A stretch of 64,000 bases of DNA from Octopus bimaculoides (Eukaryota). The stretch lies in contig NC_068987.1 of assembly GCF_001194135.2 (NCBI RefSeq), positions 5,843,284-5,907,283 on the forward strand, given 5' to 3'. Below are positions 12,901-26,974 of this stretch, piece after piece. Positions within the stretch are counted from its first letter, which is position 1; each line of letters opens with the position of its first letter. The translations under genes and the position numbers were made by a program. Under the pieces are notes generated by a model. That model ran no database searches, was not told the DNA's origin, and saw only the letters and a list, made by a program, of their open reading frames with translations.

Positions 12901-13124
12901 TGAAAAGAAAAAAATGAAAATAATGCTTTAACTATCAATACTATTTCAGGTTGACGGTAACTGAAAGGAAATGACAAAACGGATTCAGCCATGACCATCC
13001 AATATTACATTGTGAAACTTCATCAAGACTATTATCCAGATTGCGTCCTGTCTTGTTTAAGGTAGCACAATGTGACTAGTGCGAACTGGTTGCTTTTTCT
13101 TGGAGATCGAAACACGACACAGAG

Positions 13125-13180
13125 CAATGGTTCTCAACCAGGACTCATATGATATTTAGGGGTCCATATAAAGTTTTCTT
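13125..13180. mobile_element. Possible hAT/Charlie-type MITE terminus
   Basis: caatggttctcaacc resembles the CAGTGGTTCTCAAC TIR; the partner end was not found. Confidence 0.3.
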
Positions 13181-13290
13181 GTTAAAATTAATGCGCAGTA
13201 AATTGATTATACTTCTAAAATAGACAAACTATTCTAAGGGTTTTTTTAATGTAATTTCCAATAATATTTAATTATAGAGATATAGTGTGA

Positions 13291-13665
13291 CACTCCGTCG
13301 GTTACGACGAGAAGGGTTCCAGTTGATCCGAACAACGGAACAACCTGTTCGTGAAATTAACGTGCAAGTGGCTGAGCACTCCACAGAAAATGTGTACCAT
13401 TAACGTAGTTCTCGGGGAGATTCAGCGTGACACAGAGTGTGACATGACTGGCCCTTTGAAATACAAGTACAACAGAAACAGGAAGTAAGAGTGAGAGAAA
13501 GTTGGGACCAAAGAGTACAACAGCGGTTGCCACCACCTCCTGCCGGAGCCTTGTCGAGCTTTAGGTGTTTTCGCTCAATAAACACTCACAACGACCGGTC
13601 TGGGAATCGAAACCGCGATCCTACGACTGCGAGTTCGCTGCCCTAACCACTGGGCCATTGCGCCT
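13291..13665 (-). mobile_element. Full-length SINE family C
   Basis: Minus-strand head aggcgcaatggcccagtggttagggcagcg..ggtttcgattccc (tRNA A/B boxes); tail ..ggatcaactggaaccct..gtaaccgacggagtg shared with 37007ff and 43769ff. Confidence 0.9.
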
Positions 13666-16265
13666 CTACTCATAGATATAGTATGATTATTTCAAACAGT
13701 GAATGGTTATGAGGGTCCAACTGGAATCAATGGGGTTAATAGGTACAAGAAATGGTTGAGAGCCACTGGTGTAGAGGTTCCTTCATTGCTGCTGCTGCTA
13801 CTACCATTGCTTTTACAGTTGCTTCTGCAGTTGTTGGTGTTTTTATTGTTCTTGCTGGTGTCGCTGCTGCTGNNNNNNNNNNNNNNNNNNNNNNNNNNNN
13901 NNNNNNNNNNNNNNNNNNNNNNNNNNNNNNNNNNNNNNNNNNNNNNNNNNNNNNNNNNNNNNNNNNNNNNNNNNNNNNNNNNNNNNNNNNNNNNNNNNNN
14001 NNNNNNNNNNNNNNNNNNNNNNNNNNNNNNNNNNNNNNNNNNNNNNNNNNNNNNNNNNNNNNNNNNNNNNNNNNNNNNNNNNNNNNNNNNNNNNNNNNNN
14101 NNNNNNNNNNNNNNNNNNNNNNNNNNNNNNNNNNNNNNNNNNNNNNNNNNNNNNNNNNNNNNNNNNNNNNNNNNNNNNNNNNNNNNNNNNNNNNNNNNNN
14201 NNNNNNNNNNNNNNNNNNNNNNNNNNNNNNNNNNNNNNNNNNNNNNNNNNNNNNNNNNNNNNNNNNNNNNNNNNNNNNNNNNNNNNNNNNNNNNNNNNNN
14301 NNNNNNNNNNNNNNNNNNNNNNNNNNNNNNNNNNNNNNNNNNNNNNNNNNNNNNNNNNNNNNNNNNNNNNNNNNNNNNNNNNNNNNNNNNNNNNNNNNNN
14401 NNNNNNNNNNNNNNNNNNNNNNNNNNNNNNNNNNNNNNNNNNNNNNNNNNNNATATAAAACCTTAATCGAATAAACAAGGCAACAAGGCAAAAGGAAGAA
14501 GAAGCCAGCAACAATCAATAACTGTCCGCATGAAACTAATACATTATATAACAGCTGAGGTAATAGATAACGTTATTGTTCGTGATTTTAACGACATTTC
14601 GAACCTCAGAAAGACCTCTTCTTTTTCACAGGTTTACTCGCCATTTATTTTTATAGAAGAGTGCTTTTCATTTTCTCTTGTTTTTTTGCTTTTCGCTTTT
14701 AGTTATTTTATCTTCATTTTGTTTTGCAAAACTTTTTAATTGTACAAGTTGATTATTTTTCTTTTCATTCAATCCATTTTTTATTCATCGTTGTTTGTTT
14801 TCTCTATTTAATTATATAAATTTTGAAAGTTAAATTTTCATGCTGCATACGTTTATTTTTTATTTAGTTTTGGTTTCAAATTTTATTATTCGTTCATATT
14901 TACTGTTAGATGTTTAAAATGTTTCGTTTATTTTATTCCTTTACCAATATATTCATATTTTTTATTTTCTGAGATATTCATGTCCTATTAAAATTATAAT
15001 GTTATAAATTCTATTATTATAAACCTCCATGTTGTTTCTTGTAAATATAAATCGTGTATTTCATTTTTGTGTTCTCCAATTTTCTTTCGCTTCCAATTTA
15101 TTTTTCTTAACCTAAAATTCATAAGATAACTGATATTATATCATAAGATAACTGATATTATATCTTATGTTTGATGTCTAGTGAACTTTCCACCTACTAA
15201 TAAACAATAAAATGTATATATCTTTTATTTCCAAACTTTATCATAATAAACAGTTTTACTTTTTTTTCTTGCTTTCATATGCAGTCTTTTCTTTCTGATA
15301 TAAAAATAAAACGCTGTATTTTTTTAGGGAAAAAAAAAACCTTAATCGATTATTGATTGATACATATCTCTTTAATAGATAAGAAAAAAAAATAACACTG
15401 TGCATTTTTTCAGATATGTGAATATGTGTTCGAATGACATTCGATTAACGCCGTGAGGTCACGAGCGATAAAAACATGTTTTAAGGCTAAAAGCAGATAC
15501 TCGTATACTGTACATCGGAAATTGTGAATATTGACGATTTTACGATTAACAAAATGGTACATAACATGACATTAAGAATAATAGCGAAGGGGAAATACAT
15601 GTCTTACATATACATATATTAGATTATCGTGCCCTATTACTCGTGCTGGATATCAATTTGGTTGTAACGTATCGACTTGCTTTTATTTGGTATTTCATGT
15701 TTTACTTCAAAGGGAAACTTTGACTCGTTGCCATTATCAAAATGTATAAAACCTTGCAGAATACTAGAAATGATTGAATGTTGCTCACACGCACACATGC
15801 ACACACACACACACACACACACACTCAAGCACAAATGCTCTCACACACACACAAACGCTCACGTATTCTGAATGTTTATGAAGATAAAACGGAACTTAAA
15901 GAACACTCTGTTGACGAAGAAAACTTTTCCGTTTCAAGTCAATAATGTTACGGTACGACAATTAATTTAGAGTAATCATTTTATTTCAATAGACATAAAT
16001 TATTTTTGCTGTTATTATTGTAGCATCTTATCGAATTATAAAGTCTGAATAGGTGTAAATATACTTTACAGAGCGAGAAAGGAAACTTACCACTCAAAAA
16101 ATAGCAATCTTTTTGGAGAATAACATAACAGCGTCAGCGAAAGAAAGTAAAAAAGAACTAAATACGTTAGAAATAATTTGATGAATAACTTAAATAAAAA
16201 TATATTTAAATTGCCGAACAGAAAGCATTTCGATATGAACACCGTACAAAGATGCGTTCTTTAAT

Positions 16266-17022
16266 CTTTTATTTGTTTCAATCGTTAGCCTGCGTCCATG
16301 CTGGGGCACCGCCTTGAAGAAATTTTAGTCGAATGAATCGACCACATTACTTATTTATCTTCTTGGTTTACGACAGTAATTAATTATATCACCTTCTTTG
16401 GCGGTATTTTATGGATGTAAACACACCAATACCGGTTGTCGAGTGGTGGTGGGGAAAACATGGACGCAAAGACACACATAGATACACACACACACACACA
16501 CACANNNNNNNNNNNNNNNNNNNNNNNNNNNNNNNNNNNNNNNNNNNNNNNNNNNNNNNNNNNNNNNNNNNNNNNNNNNNNNNNNNNNNNNNNNNNNNNN
16601 NNNNNNNNNNNNNNNNNNNNNNNNNNNNNNNNNNNNNNNNNNNNNNNNNNNNNNNNNNNNNNNNNNNNNNNNNNNNNNNNNNNNNNNNNNNNNNNNNNNN
16701 NNNNNNNNNNNNNNNNNNNNNNNNNNNNNNNNNNNNNNNNNNNNNNNNNNNNNNNNNNNNNNNNNNNNNNNNNNNNNNNNNNNNNNNNNNNNNNNNNNNN
16801 NNNNNNNNNNNNNNNNNNNNNNNNNNNNNNNNNNNNNNNNNNNATATATATATATATAAATACGACGGGCTTTTTCAGTTTCCATCTACCAGATCTACCC
16901 ACAAGGCTTTGGTGGGCCCGAGGCTATAGTAGAAAACACTGGCCAAAGGCGTCACTCGCTGGGACTAAAGCCGGAACCAAGTAGTTGGCAGGCAAGTCTC
17001 TTACCACACAGTCACGTCTGCG
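16266..17022 (-). mobile_element. SINE family B with expanded internal microsatellite and gap
   Basis: Both the tail (catgctggggcaccgccttgaag) and the head (aggctatagtagaaaacact..ttaccacacag) are recognisable. Confidence 0.85.
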
Positions 17023-17773
17023 GCTATTGTAGTTCGATTCTAGCTTATTTATATTATCAGACTGAACTTAGTACAAGCTGTACAAAAATAAGTCTATTTA
17101 TCAAATAAACGAGCTTTTAAAAAATATCTACGACACCTGAAAACATTGCTTTGCAAATGGCATAAGCGTATTCTTCTGAATCTACAATTCTGCAGATTTT
17201 ATGCCTGATATAACTGCTGCAACATTAACAAGTTTTGAAGCCTATTATAAACATTCTTTCTTAGAAAGATACTGCTTTGCATTTTAAGATTTCTTATCAT
17301 TATAATTTGGCAACACATACATCTTGGTAATTTATGGCCAGCGCCAGTATGTAAGACGCAATATGATTCCATTTGTTATTAATCGATAGCTATATCATCC
17401 TCTTCTATGCAATAAATTATGCACAAATCCACCGATACATCATGTAAAAGAAACAAAGTTTTCGGGAGAACATACCTGTACATTACAAATGAACTCCCTT
17501 ATTAGTTTAGTTAGAAATCTTTCCTTGGTGAGGATCCGTATATAAATGCTGCTATTAATCTGAAAGAGTTTTAAATTTGGATTGAGATGGCGTTAATCTA
17601 TGTTCCATGTAAGTAAGCTTCGTTGAGATGTAGGTTGAAAAAAACATTAGATATTTTTACTTTTTATCGACTAGACTATCAGACGCTGTCACACATCGCT
17701 GGTCACAATGCGCTTCGCATTGGTTTAGCTTTCGAATGATGCCACCTCGAGTTACTCGTTTACAGCAGAGGGA

Positions 17774-17989
17774 AAGTAGTGAGCTGGCAGAATCGTTAGC
17801 ACCCTGGACAGCTTCCTTAGCGGTATTTCGCCCGTCGCTACGCCCTGAGTTCAAATTCCGCCGAGGTCGGCTTTGCCTTTCATGCTTATGGGGTCGATGA
17901 ATTAAGCACCAGTTGAGTACTGGGGTCGATGTAATCGACCTAACCCTTCCTTCCAAATTTCAGGCCTTGTTCCTATAGTAGAAAGGATT
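17774..17989 (+). mobile_element. SINE family A
   Basis: gagctggcagaatcgttagc..ctgagttcaaattccgccgaggtcg..ggccttgttcctatagtagaaaggatt. Confidence 0.88.
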
Positions 17990-17994
17990 TACAG

Positions 17995-18115
17995 CAGCAT
18001 GGACGACAGGAATGTGGAATAAAGTGTTTTGCTCAACAACACAAGGTGCCACTCACTCCGGGATCGAAACTACGATCTTTTGATCGTGAGAGCAACACCC
18101 TAACCACGAGGTCAC
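17995..18115 (-). mobile_element. SINE family D head fragment
   Basis: aataaagtgttttgctcaac..gggatcgaaactacgatc..gatcgtgagagcaacaccctaaccac. Confidence 0.7.
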
Positions 18116-18465
18116 TGACTTTCACATTTGTACTTGATATCTTGCATGAAATTTGTGCCTTCGGTATGATACAACATAACTGGTCTCTTCTGCTGTTGCG
18201 AAATATTTGTTTCTATCGACAAAGAACACACGAACATTGTTGTGGTCGGCAATAAAGGAAGACCAGTGCATACTGCGGCAGTTGATATCCGATTTGAAGG
18301 AGAAAAGAGTGGTTGTCTGTTCTAAATCTACGGGAATCGTTTGAAACTAATAAAGACAAGTTTCTCCGATCATTTAACTGAATGAAAAGTGATCGTTACA
18401 TTATGATTTGAAAACGAGGGTTCGGTTCATAAGATGGTATCATACCCCTTCTTCAAGGCGATCGG

Positions 18466-18693
18466 CACAGAAAATCAAAGTGACAAAGCTGGCCCTTTGA
18501 AATACAGGTACAACAGAAACAGGAAGAAAGAGTGAGAGAGAAAGTTGTGGTGAAAGAGTACGGCAGGGTTCGCCACCACCCCCTGCCTGATCCTCGTAGA
18601 GCTTTACATGTTTTCGCTCAGTAAACACTCACAACGCCCGGTCTGGGAATCGAAACTGCGAGTCCGCTGCCCTAACCACTGGACCATTGCATC
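18466..18693 (-). mobile_element. SINE family C, 3'-truncated
   Basis: Close match to 13440-13665. Confidence 0.88.
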
Positions 18694-18726
18694 CCCACAC
18701 ACATAATAATATATATATATTATATA

Positions 18727-18813
<87 letters not shown>

Positions 18814-18842
18814 ATATATATATAAATTTATATGTGTGTGTG

Positions 18843-18876
<34 letters not shown>

Positions 18877-19333
18877 AACAATGCATTGGGTGTATGTAAT
18901 CAATGTATCCAACCAAACAGTAGGGTGTAGAATGTAACCATGTAATGTAAGTGGAAATATGTGTGCATCGTTTGTATGTACGTGAATTGGTGCGAAGGCC
19001 TGGCTGCATTGTTTTCTTTTTAATCAAGAAGTCACGGATTTGATCCCACTGCGTGTCTTCTAGCGTTGCTTGGAGTCGACCTAATCTATTTGAGTGAAGT
19101 GAGTACACGGAAGTCCATTAGACGGTCTATACAGGCAATTCAATGGATTGTGCATATGTAAATCAAAGTCTTGTAAAGCACTGCGTCGTGATGCTACTGT
19201 CTGAGAGTAACTGCAAGGTTGAAAGTGGTTGTGTAGGAAATAGATGCGTAGTAAATTCAATGTGTAACCAGTTCGTTTGATAGAAGAATTTGAATGTTCA
19301 GATTTTGATTCAGATGTATACATTCACGCTCTC

Positions 19334-19381
<48 letters not shown>

Positions 19382-20448
19382 GCTACCCCTCTCTCACTCA
19401 GATACACATTTATACACATTTATACACAAAGATGTACATATACATGCCTGAGTAATAGATGGTAGAGTGGCACACCGTATGCGTATAGTCAAATTGTATT
19501 AAACTACATGCATCAACACACAAGTTAAAATGCAGATGGCGATACACATTCAGATGTATACACACTCTCACGCACTCACTCACACACTTGTATACACACA
19601 AACACAGCAAGCGACGATAAATTGAACTACACAAAAATGCATACTTATATACGTGTGTGTAATACGATTTACAGATACACCCGCATATCGTATACTGCAT
19701 TACTTTCATACAATACGCATATATGTTGAAATACATTTATCGGTTCGCATTCAGATACGCATGTTACCATCTATTCAGTTGCTCATCTCTATCTTCTGGG
19801 GATTTATTTTGCCTTCAGCAGAAATGGTAATTATTTCTTTCTGGTTAAAAAACTTACACGATATCTATCATGTTTATTACTTTCATTTACACCGGGTTCT
19901 ACATCATATATTCTCGTTTCGTTTCCTTTTATTCCTTCCTTTCTACCATTTCTTCTTCTTTCGTTCTGCCGTACTTTCTGTTCTTATTTCGTTAGATGTT
20001 CTATTAATTTTCACCCAAAACGATGCACGCTAAGATGGCGTCAGCAACAGAAAAGTTTAAATAAAATAAAATGTAAAAATAAAATTGCAATCACATATAT
20101 TACTTTTGGAAACGAAAATAAGTTTTATGGCATTGAATTTACTTGTTTTACTGTGACACACTGACGAACAGTAGATTCCAGCGGATGAAAAATAGATGAA
20201 ACATGTAGTGTTAAGTAAACTTTGGAAAATTTATGAGTAATAAACTTCGAATATAATACGAAATAAACATCGGAGATGCTTTACTCAACGCAGAAACTGC
20301 GAGAGCCAATGAGAAGAACTGCAAACTCTTTTGAATTCATTGCAATGTCGGAAACACTTTCGTATCATCAGTAAGTATATCAGGGTCACAAGCGTTTCGC
20401 TTCCGAAACTGTACGCTTCACCTGAATAGGAAAGGTTCCACCTGCAGT

Positions 20449-20689
20449 CAGGGCCGGCCTTAAGCCAATTGGACCGATTGCTCCCAGTCGAGTCCCGCGC
20501 CTAAGGGGGGGGGCACTCTCAAGGAAACCACATCCTATACTGCGACATTTCATGAAGGTGTTCTCCTTGAAGTTTAAAAAACTCTATATAAAAATGCTCC
20601 TTAAAAAAAAAAACATACTTCCTACACTTTAGCGACACAAGATACCGAAAGATAAACGCATTCAGCCAAAATTGCTTGGGCCAGCCTTG
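20449..20689. mobile_element. hAT-like MITE with degenerate TIRs of about 33 bp
   Basis: Left CAGGGCCGGCCTTAAGCCAATTGG versus right (reverse complement) CAAGGCTGGCCCAAGCAATTTTGG; flanking 8-mers cctgcagt / cttgtatt match at 5 of 8 positions (decayed TSD). Confidence 0.6.
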
Positions 20690-21292
20690 CTTGTATTTTT
20701 GTGTAAGTGTCAATTGTATGTATGCGTGTGTGTTTGTGAATGTTTGGGTAAACTATTTGTGTGTATGTGAGAGTATGTATGTGGTTGTTTAGTGTCTGGT
20801 GAATTGTATGTATATATGTGTGCGTATCTTAGTGTGTATGTGTGTGTATGTATATATATATATGTGTGTATGTATTAAAGAAAGCAAAAACTAAAACAAA
20901 AATGATAAAAGCAAAAGGCTAAATGTATGTGTAAAAGAATTCAGTGCTCAGTATTTTGGCCACAGCAATTTCTGTCAAAGCGACATGGTTACACAAAGGT
21001 TAAAAGTTGAATTATTTTTCATAGTGGTTTTGTTTGGTTGAGGCCTTTGTGTTTGTGTGAATGTATGCATATGTATGTTTATGCTTGTATGAGTATGATT
21101 GTACGTATATGTATTTCTAGTGTGTGGTGAGTTGTATACATACACACACGCGTGCATGTGTGTGTGTGTGTGTGTGTGTGTTCGCGTGTACAGTGAGAGA
21201 GAGAGATGGGGAGTTGAGATAAAATTTCTTGTTCAAAAGCGAAAATCTCTTTGCAATGGCACTCATTGAGTTTTTTGGACAAGCACAACCAC

Positions 21293-21443
21293 AGCTTCTT
21301 TCAGTTTCCGTCTACCAAAGTCACTCACATCTTTGGTCGGCCCGACGCTATTATAGCAAACACTTGTACAAAGTACCACTCAGTAGAACCGAACCTAGAA
21401 CCATGTGGCTTGGAAGCAAACTTCTTACCACACAACCACGCCT
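21293..21443 (-). mobile_element. SINE family B head
   Basis: cttctttcagtttccgtctaccaaa..gaacctagaaccatgtggcttggaagcaaacttcttaccacacaaccacgcct. Confidence 0.85.
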
Positions 21444-22939
21444 TTTATTTTTGGATGAGATATTGTGTTTTCTTTTCCTTCTATAGAAATTTAACCCGAA
21501 CACCCCGTATCTATTTATCCTAAGAATGCCATTCATAGCGGGATTAATATTTCGGATCATGTCGATGATAAATGATGATGTATATTATCTCAGTAGTTTT
21601 CCACTGGCACAGGCATAATATTTCAATTGAAAATGTGTGTACATGCATAGCAGAATATCTTCATAAGTAAGTATGTTACCGAGCATATGTACAGGTTTAT
21701 ATATGTCGCATTCAACGTTTTCTAGTAATTTAAATATTCTATATTGAAATTATACTTTATATGCATAACTTCCTAATTTGTGTGTCAATTCAATCGTTGT
21801 TCAGTCTTTCTTTCAATAAAGAGATGCACACTGTAGCACCAGAACTAACTGAGGCTATGCAAATTATTACAAAAACATAACATAGTCTACACCGTAATAT
21901 TGATTTTATTGCAGATTATAAGTTATTATATCTACTCTATTCATTCTTAATTCGGAATGTAGCTAATTCTATGTCCCTCCATCCCTGATAATTTAGTTAC
22001 TTAACCTTTTTCCTGCGTCCTTGTATCATATATGATGCACATACTCAGTTTGTTTCAGCCACCAGAGTAGCTTGGAATTTATGAAAGCAGAGCTTTGTGT
22101 TACTCTGAGTGCATGAAAAAATGTATCTCTAAAATTCTGAAAATGCTCATAGACGTTTAAAACAAACTGATAAAAGTGTTTTGGACAGGAAAATTGTTAA
22201 ATTATTTTTCATACAACCTTCTCTCACTACAAACGTATTTCAGAGACTGAGCCATTTTACGCTCCCTAAAGTTAGAGGTAATTTAACTTAGACCACATCA
22301 TTAACTTAATAATGGCTCTATCTACTGATATATTTTATTTACAATATATTTTAAAATCTCTTCAATAATGTGGTTGCTTCTTCTCCATAATTTCATGGAA
22401 AAATCACAACGCTTCTCGTTATTTCCTATCAGTTCTTGTTTAAATTAAAAATCCACATCATTATCATCATGATAATTACCATCATGGTCGCCATCGGCAT
22501 CACCTTGATTATCATCATTAATAAGACTGTAATTTTACGGATTATTAACCTCTTATTTAGCGTAAATATTTTCAATATTTTTATTTAAACAGCATTCTCA
22601 TCATTTTCATTTCTATTCGTGATTCAAATCAGAGGTGAAATCGATCCGAAATCGATCGTTATAGAGATATAAATACTGTAAATATAAACTTTAAATATGG
22701 GGTTAATACAACGGAAAATTATAACCTTGGAAACTCTTCAGACATTAAGATATTTATTCAACTAAAATCATGTTTTGTCGGCTAGTTCATTAAAATGGTA
22801 TCTGCTGGATTTGTTCGTGTTCGACTCAGTCATGAACTCCTGTGATGTAATGAGATGTGATTCCCTCACTGTTTCTTCCATAACTACCTCGTATTTCGTT
22901 TCTTTCACTAATTATTATCAATATCACATTCCTCTTTTT

Positions 22940-23080
22940 GTCTTCTTTCACTTGTTACCGTCATCGGACTGCAGTGATGCTGACAGACGGCTCTGGAGGG
23001 ATTTTCGTCGAACAAATTCACCCCAGTACTTAGGATTTAATTTGCTCCTTATTCTATCGGCCCCCTTTTCTCGGAAACAA
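22940..23080 (-). mobile_element. Degraded SINE family B-type tail
   Basis: Minus strand ccgatagaataag..agtactggggtgaatttgttcgacgaaaatccc..gcagtccgatgac..aacaagtgaaag. Confidence 0.6.
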
Positions 23081-23240
23081 ACAACACCGGTTTTTAGAAC
23101 TTGGGAGAGCAAATACACACACTCTCTCTCTCTCTCTCTCTCTCCCTCTCTCTCTCTCTCACTCTCTCNNNNNNNNNNNNNNNNNNNNNNNNNNNNNNNN
23201 NNNNNNNNNNNNNNNNNNNNNNNNNNNNNNNNNNNNNNNN

Positions 23241-23271
<31 letters not shown>

Positions 23272-23450
23272 ACGTTTCTAACATTTATCTGCCATTTTAA
23301 TGAATAATTGATTGCTGGTTAATTAATTTTATGTTGGACTATTTGATTTAGAATCAGCTCCATTCTACATTTCATAATAATACATTTAATTGAAATTATA
23401 TCTTAGCTAGCTAGTACACCATTCCTGAGGATATTGTTAACGAAATACGT

Positions 23451-23660
23451 AGGTGGTGACCTGGTGGAATTGTTAGAGAGTCGAGCGGCATTTCTTTTCG
23501 CTCTTTACGTTCTGAGTCCAAATTCCGCTAAGGCCGTTGTTACTTTTCATCCTTTCAGGCTACATAAAATTAGTACCAGTCAAGCAGTTGTGTCAAGTTA
23601 CTCGACCAAACACCTCTCCGCAAAGTTGCTCGTCTTCCACCAAGATTTCGAACCATTGTT
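23451..23660 (+). mobile_element. Degraded SINE family A
   Basis: ctttacgttctgagtccaaattccgctaagg..cttttcatcctttcagg..aaaattagtaccag. Confidence 0.65.
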
Positions 23661-24424
23661 AATAGAATTCCCAACATCTTTTGTGCACTATATAATAACA
23701 TATGTATTTCAGTCTTCGTTCCGAAGTTAAATGAATACGTAGTGATTATCATCTGTGTTGCTTCGATAAAACAGATACCAGTAATAAATTGGGGTAGATT
23801 TTTTTCGACTACATTCAACCGTTAAAACAAACTGTCGTTTTCTAATATTTGACTTGTGATTAACCAAAGAAAATTATTACGACGATCACCACCCAACTGA
23901 CACAAGATCCTGGTGTTACGCTGATTTTATTCAATAAATCGATTTAGTTTTATGCCACAAAAATCAATAAATAAAACAGTTCCATTCGCAAAACTGTATT
24001 TGTATTTATGGTTTTTTTGTTTTTACAGGAAATTAATGTCGTTTAAATATTAAATTTACCATTTCGATGCAATGATTCTTTTTTCAAAAGTGTTATAAAT
24101 ATATATTCTTGTTTACAGGAAACGAAAACAAAATTTATAATGATAACGTTTAAATAATTACGAGAAAACACAAATCGCTGATTAATTCCTCTTACACGAT
24201 TGGTTATAAGACAGACTACACTTTGACAATTACTATTCACAGGAGATTCGTAAATTTGTATAAAATTAAAAACAAAACGATGAACTGAAATATGCAACTT
24301 TTATAAACTACAATAAAAAATGCCGTTGCATTAACGTAAATTACAATTATTGTGAGTAAGAATAAAAGGTTTTTACATAGATTTTCCACATGACTATTTT
24401 AGTTTCTCTTGTTACTTCGGCTTT

Positions 24425-24520
24425 AGGTGTGGGCACGTGACTTAGTGGTCGGGGTGTAGTCGGATCAAGATCGCTACGTCGTGAGTTCGATAGCCGGCAG
24501 TACGTTGTGTCTTTGAGAAA
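24425..24520 (+). mobile_element. SINE family D head fragment
   Basis: gcacgtgacttagtggtcggggtg..gtcgtgagttcgat..cgttgtgtctttgag matches 51485ff. Confidence 0.6.
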
Positions 24521-24553
24521 TAAAAGAATATATTACATACGTAAATATAAATA

Positions 24554-24779
24554 TTTTTACTCGTTTCAGTCATTTGACTGCAGCCATGCTGGAGCACCAC
24601 CTTAAAGGATTTTTTAGTCGACGAAGCCGACCCCAGGACCTCTGTAAGCATAGTACCTATTCTATCGGTCTCTTTTGCCTTACGTAGATGTAAACAAACC
24701 AACATCGGTTGTGAAGCGATGGTGGCGTGACAAGCACAGACACAAAGACATACCTAAACACACGCACACACACACACAC

Positions 24780-24829
<50 letters not shown>

Positions 24830-24997
24830 GTATATATATATACGATGAGCTTTCAGTTTCCATCTACCAAATCCACTCCCAAGGCTTTGGTTGGCCCGAA
24901 GCTGTAGTTGAAGACATTTATCCAAGGTGCCTTGCAGTGGCACTAAACCAGGAACAATGTGATTGGGAAGCAACCTTCTTGCCACACAGCCACGCCT
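24554..24997 (-). mobile_element. Full-length SINE family B with internal (CA)n(TA)n
   Basis: Tail and head both match 31205-31585. Confidence 0.9.
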
Positions 24998-25847
24998 TTA
25001 AACTCTTAATGGTTTCAGTCAGAGACTGAAGTTATATTTTAAGGGCTATAAACAACACTTCACACTAGTTCTTGATTCCTAAAATTATTAGAATTTCACA
25101 CACCGTTAATAAATATTCAACTCAGATGTATGCATTATTTTAGCGGTGGTCGTAAGATAGATTGAATTTAAAGTTTTTTTTCCTGAAAAATATAATACCA
25201 CACGTTAAATACTTTCATGTTAGTCTAGGTATGAAGAAATGCCGTTGAGAATAGTAGACACTAGCGTTTGATATCGCTTTTATATATTTCTGTTGCATTA
25301 ATATTATCACTGCTGTTTTAAAGATCTGGAAATCATTTCCACTATAACGATTTGAAGAGCCGCCTGGAACTATGAAAAGAAAATTATGTTGAAACACATT
25401 GAAAAAACCTCTGTGTGTCTGTGTGTATCTGTGTATGTGTGTGTGTGCCTGAGTCCATATATATGGGACAATATATTGTTTATAAATGTGTGTATATATA
25501 CATACATATATATAAATATATACATAAGTATATACATATACATACATATATATGTATATGTATATACATATATATATATATATATATATANNNNNNNNNN
25601 NNNNNNNNNNNNNNNNNNNNNNNNNNNNNNNNNNNNNNNNNNNNNNNNNNNNNNNNNNNNNNNNNNNNNNNNNNNNNNNNNNNNNNNNNNNNNNNNNNNN
25701 NNNNNNNNNNNNNNNNNNNNNNNNNNNNNNNNNNNNNNNNNNNNNNNNNNNNNNNNNNNNNNNNNNNNNNNNNNNNNNNNNNNNNNNNNNNNNNNNNNNN
25801 NNNNNNNNNNNNNNNNNNNNNNNNNNNNNNNNATATATATATATATA

Positions 25848-25942
25848 CAGTAATTCCTCGACTACCGTCGGTGTTACGTTCCAAAAGCCCCCGCGATGGG
25901 TGAACCGCGATAGGTGAACCGCGATATGGCAAGGGATTACTG
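25848..25942. mobile_element. Tigger/pogo-like MITE, 95 bp
   Basis: TA|CAGTAATTCCTCG...CAAGGGATTACTG|TG; the TIRs pair; internal 14-bp tandem ggtgaaccgcgata x2. Confidence 0.7.
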
Positions 25943-26974
25943 TGCTTCTTTGTCTTCGCCTGTATATGAGTTGTGTATATTTATTCTCTAAAGTGTGTAT
26001 GGGTTGAGCTGACGTATGTGTCATTACATACACATAGAAAAAAAAAACAAAAATAAAAGCATTGATTCAGTTTGGTCTTCATAATACAAATTCATAAACA
26101 TCTTAAGTACAGCCTCATCGATTCTCGCTATACATTTTAAACGACATTATAATCTTTTTAGTCTTCCATTATAATTCCATTCACACCTAAGATGCATAAT
26201 AAGAATTTTAAATCGAACCAAATACTTGACTGGTACTTTATTCGATTTACCAAATTTAACCTCGATAGCATTAAAATTCACAACATGGTGTCGATTCTAA
26301 CTAATTATCGCAGCAATATCGTTCTACTTTCTAATTATTGTGTCAGTGTATTGATTAGATCTTATTTAGTTTTTAGGGTAAATTATGAGAAAGGATAAAA
26401 AAAATATAAATCAAAAATACACTTGATGAGATTCCGAAGAAACTAGTGTTGGCCTGCATCGGTAAAAGTCATTAAACAAAATTTGTAAAATTTGAAGAAG
26501 TCCGTATGAGATATTAAGACGAGAGGATTAACGTTTCGATGAAGCTTCCTCCAAGCAACCGAAAAAAAAAATTCAAGTGTATCGATTTGTAATGAACAAA
26601 TACGTTTTGATGAATGTGTGATAACGAGAAAAGAATATGAAGAAAGGGAGGCTGGTAAACAAGAGGAGAAGGGTTGGCAAAGAAATTAATATGAAAAGCG
26701 GTAAAGAGAAGGCACGAGGTGGGAAAAGAATATTATACAAACAACAAGAGACATTACAAGGTTTTAATTGATTAATCAAAAGGTCGTAATTACGAACGTA
26801 CACACATATATAAATATATACATAGATAAGTGCTTGTATACCAAGCATGTGCAAATCCCAGACTTAGAAATTTCAAATATCTTGATAGGTAATTGTATTC
26901 ATTCATTCTCTAAGCAAAGGAATTATGCAGCTACTGTTTACGAGAAAAGAAAAGTTTAATTTTCTAATAATAAT

